A DNA stretch of 63,858 nt, the filler included. It is 8 parts of 8 records of this genome, joined end to end, with 100 filler letters (N's around TTAATTAATTAA, not from the genome) between each part and the next. Parts side by side here need not be neighbours in the genome. Positions count along the whole stretch, not along the records: positions 10,288 to 20,107 come from SRR2962707_305; positions 20,208 to 25,387 come from SRR2962707_320; positions 25,488 to 33,494 come from SRR2962707_338; 5 more parts are not named here. One strand, 5' to 3'. The position numbers and the translations under genes were made by a program. This document shows, piece by piece, positions 11,194 through 25,719 of the stretch (position 1 is the stretch's first letter; every line of letters begins with the position of its first letter). The notes under the pieces are model-generated. The model had not been told where the DNA came from and did no database searches. It saw only the letters and a program-made list of their open reading frames with translations.

Positions 11194-14100
11194 TTATTGG
11201 GGCTGTTGTTTTTTCATCCACGACAGGTCATCTTTCTTTTTCTTTGTGCCCAGGCGCTTTTTCTTTTTCTTTTTTGTCTCTGTTGCTGACCTGTCGGCGC
11301 TAGCGTTCGTTGGATGCGACACACCGTCGTCAATGGTGTAGACTTTGCCTGGACTTTCGCTCAGTTCACTCGATGCTGCACCCAAAGGCCGCGCAGCAAC
11401 TACGCTCTCCTGCTGTGGCAGCGGCACCTCAAGCCCTTCTTTTGAATGCGAAGCCGACTTTGTCCCGACTGAGGCGGATTTGGATGTCTCATCAGGCGTT
11501 TGACGTGCTTTTGCCTCTTTAGCCTTTCGGAACTTTGCCTTCGCGTGTGCTTTCATGTCCTCTTTCCACCTTTTGCGGTTCTCACGGATGTTGAATATAC
11601 ACAACTCCGCACGGGGGATCTAAAATGATCACACACATGAAAAGTAAGGCTGTGACCGCTGGACACTTAGAAGGCATGGCGGTGTTGCCATGTGCAGCAC
11701 GCGTACCAGCCGCCGAAGGTCCTCAAACATCGGAATCACGACGAAATCGCTGAACGACAGAGATGATTTTCCTGGAACATGCTTGCTGCGGTCGAATCCA
11801 GCCGACACTGGCATCCCCGCCGCTGCCTCTTTGTCACCTTGAGCGTAAAACTCCTCCGTAATCGCGTCCGACCTAGATTTACGACTGGAGTCAGCTTGTG
11901 CGGAACGAATCGCAAACGCAAGCGCAGACTCCTATCGTGAAACATACCATCGTTTGGCGACAGTCCATGGCTTCGTGGGATTGCTTACATCCGCTGCGTG
12001 AACAAGCGTACGCATGATGCAAAGTTTTTGCGAGTTGGAGAGTTTTTGAGCCAGTGGTGTGTAAACCTCGGTCGGCAGAAAATGGTCGGGCACCCTTTCG
12101 ACCACCTGTGCATCAAGTCGATTCAGCATGTTCATACCGGTGCGTGAGAACAGGCAATCAACGAAGGTTATTGACCACGGACTCAAACTCACAGTCAATG
12201 TACCTTTGCGAACTGCGCCGTTATGTCGCCATGTCGCGCCATGTCAGTTGCGAGGATAGTTTCGATAAGCACACGGCGGACGTGATCAAAATTGGGCGCA
12301 GATAGGCCTTCCAAAATGGAAAAGGCGTCGGTGGTGATGATGCTGAGAGCTATCGCAATGTGGTGGTTTTCGAGGACGGACTGGTCGTTGTACCGAACTG
12401 CCAGGTCGGTCGCGGCTGCAATCTGCAGGGTGAAGCAAAAACAAATCTCGCGGTCACGCAGGTCCGCAGTGAAGAGGATGGTGTCAAGTATCAACGGGTT
12501 TGAACCTGGTAAGCGTTGTTCAGTCCAGGGTGATCCAAGTCGTGCATAAGTGCGGCAATAAGAAGCGCCATCACGTCCAGCGGTTCAAAAAAGGCCTCCG
12601 CCCCCATGCATTGTACCGCGCATTGTGCCACGATTTCAGGAGCAACACCGACGTCTCCGTGCGGGTGTGTTGAAGATTCCCCGCGTGGGCGAAGTGGATG
12701 CACAAGCATGACCTGGATCACAGTTCGAGGCAATGCTGATGCTACAGGCAAACAAATCGCAAACAAACAGGCAGATAGTGCGCAACCACGAACCAATGCA
12801 GACTGAAAAACATCAACGGCATGCACAAAATTGTGATACGGGAGGCGATGTGCCCCCATCACTTGGGCCACTTTGGTTGCGAACGCCAGGAGCTTTCGTG
12901 GAGGAATGCGAAATTGCTCGACAAAACCCATCAGCGCAAATGCCTGCGCATCGACAAAAATCACATGAAGCTAATCGTACCAAACATGCCCAATAATCTG
13001 ACAAAGAAACCTTGGGTTCACATACCGAAGCAACCAGGCTCACGCGCTCATCGTTATCGAGCAAGAACGGATCGAAATCCCACGCAAGCATGTTTCCGAC
13101 CGCCTGTCGATCGAAAAATAGCAACAGGGTGAGGGCACAACACCAACACGCAACGAATACTGGCGGAAAGTAAGAGCTGGCAATGGTCGCACCTTGTCGT
13201 TGTCACTCGGCAAAAGTAAGGCGCGCATTCCCCAAGTAACGCGCTCACGCAAGTACACATCCCCAACCACGTCAGCAACGTAAAGGTTTCCAGCGCGATG
13301 GACTGGGCTGAATGGAGCCTCCGTCGTAGTGAGAGCAGATGTTTCGACAGCAGCTCGCTTTCCACGAGCTGGAAAGTGCGGCCTAAGCCGGACTCTTCCA
13401 TCGATGAGCTTTGCGTGATACCATTCGCAGATCTGTACCGCCGTAAATGGGCCCTGCTGGACACCATGCGCGTCCGAATAGCTGTGCACGGTTAAGCAAC
13501 AAGATACAAATCTCAACATTCGTGACAACATACGGCGGGCGGGCTTGCTGATGCACATTGTAAGACATACGTGAACATGGACTCCTTCACTGTATCCGGG
13601 ACGGATGCAACAGCAGCTCTTGCCGCTGCAACAGAGCTGCGTCGTCGGGCTGCAAGATCGTCCGGATCACCTTCAGCAACACTTCCAACAAAAGGAACTC
13701 CGGCTGCATCCACAAGCTCGGAGTCAAACGTATCAGCGTCAGTGAGAGCTGCCGGAAAATCCATCGGGCTGCCACTGCGTCGGTCAGGCCTGCATTGTCA
13801 GGAAGTAACTCAATGGACAATGACCTTTTGCCAGGTGCAAATGAAACGCCCATCGCCATTGCTGCTGACGCCACCATGCACAAGGTAATGAACGAATGAA
13901 CGTACGACAGCGATGCATCAGCAGCACCAACTTCCAACGACTGGTCAGAATCGTTGACGGCAGGGAAATCCTCCCCTCCACTTGCTTCACCATCGTTCCC
14001 GTCATGGTCGTCAAGCACAGCAGGAAAATCGTCCTGGTCTGAAATAGCGCTCAAGCTACCGCCCGCGGATCGCTGCATGCGTCGTTCTTGGATTCGCTGG

Positions 14101-17100
14101 CGAGCACTCTTCATCAATAGACACGTTCGCAAACACGGTATGATCCTGTCAAGGAATGTTCCAAATAAAATCAAGTTCGCGATGGTATGATCTTCCACGT
14201 GAAAAACATACCTGGCGCTGTGCTTCAAACTCAACAACGGATGCAGATCGCTCGAGCAAACCAGCTGTTAAAGACTCAGCGCGTTTGTGGCCTGACACAG
14301 AGGCACGCGCGCTGTGTGCAATCTGAGCACTGGAAGCTCGGGGCGTGCCTGCTCCATTCGTGTCGGTGTTATGCAGCATGCGCTCCAGGTCGTCAAGGCT
14401 CCAGGCACCGCCATCCCGAATCTTGTTGATTTGCCACTGCAACAAGGCCCGGGCCGAAGGGAACACGCCTGAGAGAGAGTCTTGACTTTGCGTTTCCAAT
14501 TGCCCTTGGTCCTCGCCATGCAACGCAAAGCCACGCATGGTCGAGGGAGCCGAAGCATAGGACTGCGTTGTGGGAGAGCCCAAAGAATACGATCGCATAT
14601 CGGAAATGGGTTGAGTGTCAACACTGAGGGAAAAATTATCAATGTTCCCTCGCAGAGCTTGGAGGCGATCGTTGGCAGGACCACGTCGCGTCTTGGTCGG
14701 AGTTGCCGCCATCGGCTTTTTGAGCCGCGACGGAAGGCCCGGGCTAAACGCGTCTCGCACATCGGCATCAGCGGTGGACAGCCACAAACAGCACTTCAAA
14801 AAGCCAGTGGGTCTTGTGGCAATCGATCCAGCGTTTGTTTCACTGCCATTTTTCCAGTCGTGGTATTCGGCGAGGGAGTCGCTTGCGGAGTCAGTTTGAA
14901 TGTTGAGCATTCGCCGGGACATAAAGGCTGATGCGGCGGCCGCCGCATCCGAAGAGACCACGGCCGACGCACTAGCAGGCGCGTCCGCAACAGTCTGCAT
15001 GGGGAGGACGTGGAATGCGGAATTCCCTTCCGCTTCCGCGACCGAACACCACGAGGCAATGTTCGGTGGAAGTTGTACCTCCTCCCCGTTGCCATCCTTG
15101 ACAGAGCTTCGGGACGGTGACCGGTCGGATACCGTGCGAAGGTCTACAGATGCCGTGGCCTGAACAACGCGTGAGCAGACTTGAGTGTCAACAAATCGAA
15201 ACGCAACGCACACTTTTCTCACACACAGCTCAGTTTGCACTTCGCACCAGAAGCTGCCCGCTAGCAAACTCGCTGTAAGCGTAGACGCAAACCCGCAATT
15301 CAGTCGGGGCAAGTCCAAAATCGCCACCGGGCCCGTAAGAGTGCAAATCTGCGTGCGCTCGGAGCTCCATGCATACGCCCTCTTCCCAGATTGGCAAATG
15401 CGCCTGCAACAAGCACAAGCGATTATTCTCGCCAAAAACAATGTAGACGAGGCAGTTCGGAGCACAACAAGCTGAACAGTACCTGATCTACGATGCGTGA
15501 ACTCCATTCCTGCCCTCCATGCTGAACCACGCAGTAAAGCATTGGCCGATTGTTAGCGTGCATAGCATACCGGCGCCGGTAAGGCTCGATGCCAAGCGCG
15601 TCGGCGGCAGGGTGTTCATCACCGCCCCAAACCGCAGGAAGTAGCTCAACGTTTCCAAGCAGCAGGCGCACGCAGTTTCTTGGCGAGGTGTTTGGATTCG
15701 TGGTTTGCCGCCAAGCTTCGTTCCACTGCTGCGCAACGGGTATGCTTTGCAACTCGTCGCTGTTCATCAAAATGGCGTTTTTTTTTGCCTGTGATGCCCG
15801 AGGCAGGTAATTACAGCCCCAGAGCAAGATTAGCTTGCCGAGCGAGTGCAAAGCAAAACATGACGGCACGCTATGCGTCCCTACGGACCGCCATCGCTAT
15901 ATGCGCAAGCTTTGGATTCGCAGCCTTGTGTGCTGTGTCGCGAAGTTGTTTTTTCCGCTCTTCAGCAACATCCAGTCTGTCAATACAAAATTGAATCCAG
16001 TAAGTCCATTGCTGAAGGTCTTGGCTAGAATTGAGCTCGATGTTGAAGTCACGTGCACCCTCAAGAGACGGTTCTTCCTGCAAACACCAACCATTTGTCG
16101 GAGTATTTAGAGCCCCGAGACAATAACTTTTCAACGCGGCCAACAGTAGAACCGAAACGTGCTGCGCACTACCCGCACCTCGTCTCCTTGAAACCAAGTT
16201 TGAACATGAATCGACAGGCAGGTCTGCAGGCGACCATTTGCAGCTGCTCCGCCGCCAGCCCTCATCAGCCCAGCTAAGCGGTCCAACGCACCGCCACCCG
16301 TCCGACCATGACGTCCACGTTCGTTAGAAGTACCTGGAAGTATACGACAGTCAGTGAACCCTGCACTCGATGAAGCACGATGCATGAGGCATAATGATCT
16401 TGCATGCGACGTACTCAGGTTCGTTCCTGCTGCGCCATGATTGATGCGTGCAGCTGTCAGCAACGCGCGCTGGGCCAACTTTTTACCCTCTTGATCACGG
16501 TAAATGATAATTTCGTCCCCGTGCGAGCCAAGACGAACTAAACGTCGCTTCCAGTCCGATCGAAGAAAGCTGAGCACTTTATTTGTTCCTGCAGTGCAAC
16601 CACGAGAATTCACATAGCGCACGTAGGCCGTGCAGTCTGTCTACCCACGACAACACATGCACGGACCTCGCGTGTTCTTCTGGACACGGCAGAATTGTTG
16701 CAGGCGTGGCACTTCGATGGATTTTGATGTTAATGTTGGCAAACGCAGCAAGATCTCTTTGCGCAGATTGTCTTGAAACTTGTTGTCATATCGATGAATC
16801 TTTTTTCGCAGTTGATCTCGCTGAGACTCTTTGAGCATTCGCCGAAGCACAACCTGCCTCATGCACGGGTCGCAGAACGCAAATTCTGCCGACTGTGCAG
16901 CGCGTTTGCGATGGGCGTCCATTGCCTGCGTTGCAATTGTCACAATACGCGTCACTGCCAGGGCCAAGCTACCCGCACGTGCGCACGGTGCCAGCACGTC
17001 AGAGCCAGCACGCCGGCAAATCCTGTCGAAAGATAATCACTTACCTGGGGATCCATCGAAGCCATGTCCCCAAATGTTGTGCGTGTCTCTCGTATGACAC

Positions 17101-20100
17101 CTTGCATTTCCATGGACTTCAGATCAGCCATTAAAGTTTGACATGTGACCGTGAGACCTTCTTTCACGAGCACTTCCTCCAGCACGCGCACCTACAGCAT
17201 GAACAAAGACAACTATTGGCACCACCAAATTGTCTCCAAACTTCTTCGATTCAGGTCAAGCAAATTAACTCACTTTGAAGCGCTGTCCAATGTTACTTGC
17301 GACCTTCAGTTCGAGCTGTTGTCTCATCAGTAGTCGATCAATGCGCATTCCATACATTGAATAGAAAGCCAATGGCAATGGACAGCTGAGCTGCGTGTCC
17401 GCTTCATCACCGCGAGGAACCTGCCGAAAGTACAACATTTAGCATACGAATAAAGTCGGTGTTCGTCTGCAAATACCTCAGCCCGAAGAAAACAGGAGCC
17501 TAATTGATACGCACATCATCGCCTCCTTCGTCAATGTCCAAATCCGCCGGTGCCCACACGTACACATTGATCGCCTCGTCGGGCCGCTGGAAGTGCCGGC
17601 CACCACCGAAGTAGTGACTAGGGTGAATGCGCTCGAGTAGCTGGCGTGCACGGTCATACGCTGTGATTCGACGCGTGAAATTGCTTGCGTATGGGTGCTG
17701 CGCCGTTTCATCTTTGTGCCGTTTTTGCTGCTGAAGCGCGTCTGTTTGGACACCTGTCCACGTTCAGACAAGTTGCTTGTGGGCAAACTATTTGATCAAA
17801 CGAGTGGCAGACACTTGTCCGCTTGCAAACGAACCGTGTGCGAGTTGCAGGGCTGGGGCCGCAAACAGTGCTCCATATGAGTTGTCTTCCGCCATGGTAT
17901 GCACCAGTTCTTTGACGGCGACCGGGATTCCACAACTCAGCTGATCAATAAGCTCAACAAGCGAGTCATCTGCAAGTACGAATGGCAACAGCCCGTCCCC
18001 CCGAAAGACGATGGCGCTATCATCACCATCATCTGCTCCCTCAGTTGCACTTGCGTTGTTGCTGGGCTTTAAGCCCATGACAGGCGCAGCAGTTGAACCT
18101 GAGTCAAAGTCGGCATGGTCGCCGAAATCTCCATCGTCTTCTTCTTCGTTCTTGCTTGAATCCACACCGCTTCCGGAACCCGACGACTCAACTTTTGCCC
18201 GGGCGGCCTTAGCAGCCTTAGCTGCCTTTGCAGCGTCACGTCGCGCCACTGTGTCTTGCAACACAGAGTCAACGAGCGCCCTCACACGCAGTCGGCACAG
18301 CGGGCCGATTCGAAATTGTTGCACAACGCCGGCCAGGGCCATGTCCTCACGCAGCTCCCTGTAGGACTGTATTATCACAACGTTCAGCAAAATAAGCAAA
18401 CCAATCCCGGCTGCAAAAACCCCCAATACAACCATGCCCCAAAAAGCGTACTTTGGGCAACGCAGGCATCACCACATCAATGAAGTGGTTTAACGGTCGC
18501 GTAGCAATCAGAAGTAGCATGTTTACGCTGCAAACGCGACGGTCGGTTTCATCAAAATAGAGCAGTGAATCTTGAAATGCAGCGGGCAGGAAATCGTCCT
18601 GTTGACAGGCATTTGACAGCATAAATGATGACCAATCTGCAAATCTGGCAATTGCGCGGCCGGTGACTGCAGTAGCACCTGTGCCACAACAGCTTACCTG
18701 CTCAGCAGGCAGTGACGCGGATGGAACTGAGGTCTCGTCGCTGCGCATGGGAAACAATCTCTTCCCGTTGGTTGCAAAGTCAAGGGCAACATCCCAAGAT
18801 GCGGGATCAATGTACCTGCCACGAAATTAGCCATGCATGGCGTAAGATATTAGTACAAGCTAGGAACACCTTCCAACGCGAGTACAGCAAAAAAAAAAAA
18901 CGGCACGAACTGGGCATCGTCAATTGCAATAACTGTTGGTCGAATATCGGCAATCATGCGCAGCATTGCAACCAACAGCCCTCTAACGATCTTCGCTGAT
19001 GCTTGCCCAGCCGGCAGCGCCCTAAATGCAAGTTGTGACGAAGTAAGTACCCTGTACATTCAATGCACAGCAATTGCGGCTCGAACCTGTGTGCAAAGCA
19101 TGCGCAAACCGCTGCGGACGGACCGGCTTTCGTCTGTGTCCGGGATCGCGTCCGCTGCTCCGAGAGGGAGCAGTTGAGCGAGCACTGGCAGCCAGGGACA
19201 AAGAAGTGGGTACTGCTCGCGGAACAGGGCCTGCAACACCTCACCTTCGTGGCACACTTGTCCGCGATTTCTACGCAGACGAGACTCTTCCGACAAAAAA
19301 TTCATCACAATCGTTCGCCAAACGCCCAGGTACAGCGTACGATAAAAGGGGTCACCTCCAGCACACAAACTGAGCGTATCAAGCTTCGTCAGCATGTCAG
19401 CGTTTGACTGTGAAATATCTCCGCGGGGTCGCCTCGTAAATGTCTCAAGTGCGTGAGTCAAAATGCAAGATTTCCCGCATCCAATAGGTCCCTCGAGAAC
19501 GACCACCGCGCCTTCCCAAGCTCTAGCCGACGGTGCACCGAGTGCACGTGGAGAAAAAGATCGTGCCGAGCTGTCGTTGCTAGAAACTTGACCTTCAGGG
19601 TCTTCGTCTTGTGAAGCTTCGTAGCCTTCGCATGGCAGCTCATCGTGACCCGAGATACAATCAACAAACACATCGTCTGACGATTCGCCGCGCCCATTTC
19701 CTCCAGACGTCGCCGTATTCCAGAGTGGCGCCACGCGTCGGAAGAAATTGGCCTGCAATTCCCAAATGGCCTGCAAATTGGTTGCAGCAAGTAAAAACCA
19801 ATGCTTGATGGGCAAAGCGGTTCAATAACGAACAAGTTGAATAGTGACAAAAAGCAAAGCCCTGCAAATACGTGCCTGGGCCGCATACCCCTGGTAGCTC
19901 TGAAGCTCTGCCCACTGACTTGAATGCGCAACAGTTACACGAAGCTCAGACTTGCCTTGAAAAAGAGAATCGCCCTCGAGCCCAACAACGTTCCGTTCAT
20001 ACAACAGGACAGCATTGCAAAAGTGTTGCATCCAGGTTGCGGGAAGTTCCTTTGTTTGTGACTGGTGCTGTGGCTTTTGTGAACCGACTGCTTTTGCGGC

Positions 20101-20107
20101 GCTTGGG
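11194..20107 (-). CDS. Large multi-exon protein: ADCY10-type STAND/AAA ATPase + PH + C2-like + GYF + class I cyclic-nucleotide phosphodiesterase; probably 5'-truncated
   Basis: VVVLEGPIGCGKS (Walker A), VIAIDDAQF (Walker B), LLIATRP, GIPVAVKEL; PH-like WKRRLVRL..SSQDLQQWTYWI; GYF-like YSDAHGVQQGPFTAVQICEWY; PDE motifs YHNFVHAVDV, MHDLDHPGLNN, YNDQSVLENHH, ILATDM, HAADVSNPTKPW. That this is a single gene is inferred from contiguous same-strand exons. Confidence 0.7.
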
Positions 20108-20207
20108 NNNNNNNNNNNNNNNNNNNNNNNNNNNNNNNNNNNNNNNNNNNNTTAATTAATTAANNNNNNNNNNNNNNNNNNNNNNNNNNNNNNNNNNNNN
20201 NNNNNNN
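20108..20207. other. Artificial contig-joining spacer
   Basis: N44-TTAATTAATTAA-N44. Confidence 0.97.
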
Positions 20208-20343
20208 AAAAAAAAAAAAAAAAAAAATATTAAAAAGAAAAAAAAGAGAGAAAAGAAAACGAAAAACAGACAAGCACGGAGGAAAAAGCGGGTCTGTCTG
20301 TGTCTGTGCGCTGCCTGCTGCACTGTCTCGACGTCGCGCGGCA

Positions 20344-23581
<3,238 letters not shown>

Positions 23582-23607
23582 TCGAAACATTGCTCGACAA
23601 GCATGTT

Positions 23608-25328
23608 CTAACTGTTAATCACCGGGGTTGAAGCAAGCGGTATTTCGTTGGTATTGATAACTCGGTAGTGAGGAGTTGCCGCTGTCACGTGCCGTTTCGA
23701 AGCAATTTCGCAACACGCGTTGGACACCAATAGCACTCGAATTGGTTCATCATCACTGCCAGCGACGACCGCTTGCGAGTGCTCGCGAATTTTGCGAGCC
23801 AGCATTGGCATCGAGCCATCAAGGGACATGCCACAAAGAAACACTTCTTCGACTCCCGAATCTAGCCATACTGGCAGCATTTGCTCCAGCAGCGGTCCAA
23901 ATTCCGTATGATGACGATGAGTGATGGTCACTCCAGCGGATGAAGATTTTTGAACAAGGTACCTGGAAAACGTTATTATCAGGCAGAAATGAGAGCAGAA
24001 ATGAGAGTGGGCAACCCATTCCAAGGGGAGCTGGGACAAAAGCAACACACAACGATCGCTTTTGCGTACGGGTGAATGCGCGACCCGATTTCGCCTTCGA
24101 TGCAATGGGGATGGAACCGCAGCAATGCCAAGCCCGGCTCGCGAGAATCTTGGGCGGTCACGGTGGTCACACCAGCCGCAAGGGTACTTCCTCGGCGACC
24201 TGCGCCAGCAGCGAGAAGACTCCCTCGACGGCCAGCGCCAGCAGCGAGAAGACTTCCTCGGCGGCCTGCTCCCGGTGTTCCAATGCGACTTACTCGCCGA
24301 GATGGTTTTCCTAGACCATTTACGTTTGAGCCAGCAAGTGCACTTACACGCTTATTCACAGCGCCAGCACCAGGCTGCTGCGCTGTTTGCAGTCGCTGAC
24401 GCTCTTGCTCCTTAAGATTCTCGCGGTACCTACACGCCGGTTAAAATTCAGGAGGAGTGGCACAAAGCATCGCGAGTGGGCTGTGAAGACCACTTCGACA
24501 ATGGCAAATGCATGCTTTGGCTGCCCTTGGTATGCATGCTCAAGGGCTCGCTCCCCCGATTGGTCCGTCTTTGAGGACAAAAATGCTGCAACGTACTGCG
24601 CTGCTTCTCGCCGGAGCTCCAGTTCGAAATCCGAGTATTGGCGCATCAATTGGAGGAACACGACTGAGGTCCACTCGTGATTGTTTAGCACGCAATTTAC
24701 GATGGGAATCATGCCATCAAAAGCCGCTCCGGTTCCGAGGCGACCAGTTCCCGAGAAATCAATCTGCATGTCCACGACAACCACAGCCCTTCGCGTCCGT
24801 CGCTTCAGGCGCAGCTGCAGCTGCTGCTTTGCCTGCAGGGTCAACAGCAGATTTGCCTTTGCATTTCGCTGCAGCCCCTCAATGTCAAGATCGCACGTGA
24901 TTTGATACCTGTCGTTTGTTTGAATGGCCAAAGTGCAAGCATGCAATATGCCACATAGTGACAGGCCGCCTTTGTGCTCGAAAAGGCGCGGCATACATAC
25001 GTGCACACATACATATATATGGTGTTCCATGCTGTGGTGAAAGTCTCGCCACGTACCGTGTTCGCGCAAAGTCTTCAAAACTACGCGAGTGTCCAACAAG
25101 CTTTCCAGAGCGGTTCCAAACAATGCACTGCTCCTGCGACAAAGTGATGTGGTTCAATCCCAGCTCTGCGCACTTGTCTGCAAGGAACGTCGGCCATTCA
25201 TTGGGTAAAATGGCCCGCGTTTCAATTCGTGCAGATGGCAGCGAGAGCTGCATGATCTCGCCGATCCGCTCGCAGCGAGCATAGTCCAGCGAGTCAGCTG
25301 CACCCACTATGTACAACCAGCACGCCAT
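23608..25328 (-). CDS. Nicotinamidase/isochorismatase-fold protein with an MDH1B-like N-terminal domain; probably catalytically degenerate
   Basis: VVVVDMQIDF, HPHCIEGEIGSRIHP, VEEVFLCGMSLDGSM; N-terminus YIVGAADSLDYARCERIGEIMQLSLP..PNEWPTFLADKC resembles the MDH1B N-terminal domain. Confidence 0.65.
24172..24300 (-). repeat. Coding 33-bp tandem repeat (three units plus one diverged) encoding RRGSLLAAGAG
   Basis: Units at 24172-24204, 24205-24237, 24238-24270 differ mostly at synonymous positions. Confidence 0.85.
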
Positions 25329-25387
25329 TGCCAACGATATCGAGCCCACCGCCCGAGCTGCTGCTGCTGCTGCTGCTTCTTCTTCGT

Positions 25388-25487
25388 NNNNNNNNNNNNN
25401 NNNNNNNNNNNNNNNNNNNNNNNNNNNNNNNTTAATTAATTAANNNNNNNNNNNNNNNNNNNNNNNNNNNNNNNNNNNNNNNNNNNN
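25388..25487. other. Artificial contig-joining spacer
   Basis: N44-TTAATTAATTAA-N44. Confidence 0.97.
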
Positions 25488-25719
25488 CTCTGTCTGTCTG
25501 TCTGTCTGTGTATGTGTGTGCGTGCGCGCGAAAACTTTCTGTGTGCTGATGGCTGCTGTTTCTAGAATAAACACAGCGGAAACTTGAAAAATAAACGTTG
25601 GCAAATAAATGAGTGAGTGGTATGAGTGGTATGTGCACGCTGGTTAGTTGTGAGCACAACTAACTGTTGAATGACGGCACCACTGTCACAGCCCTGAGAT
25701 AGGGCCTGACGCACGTAGG

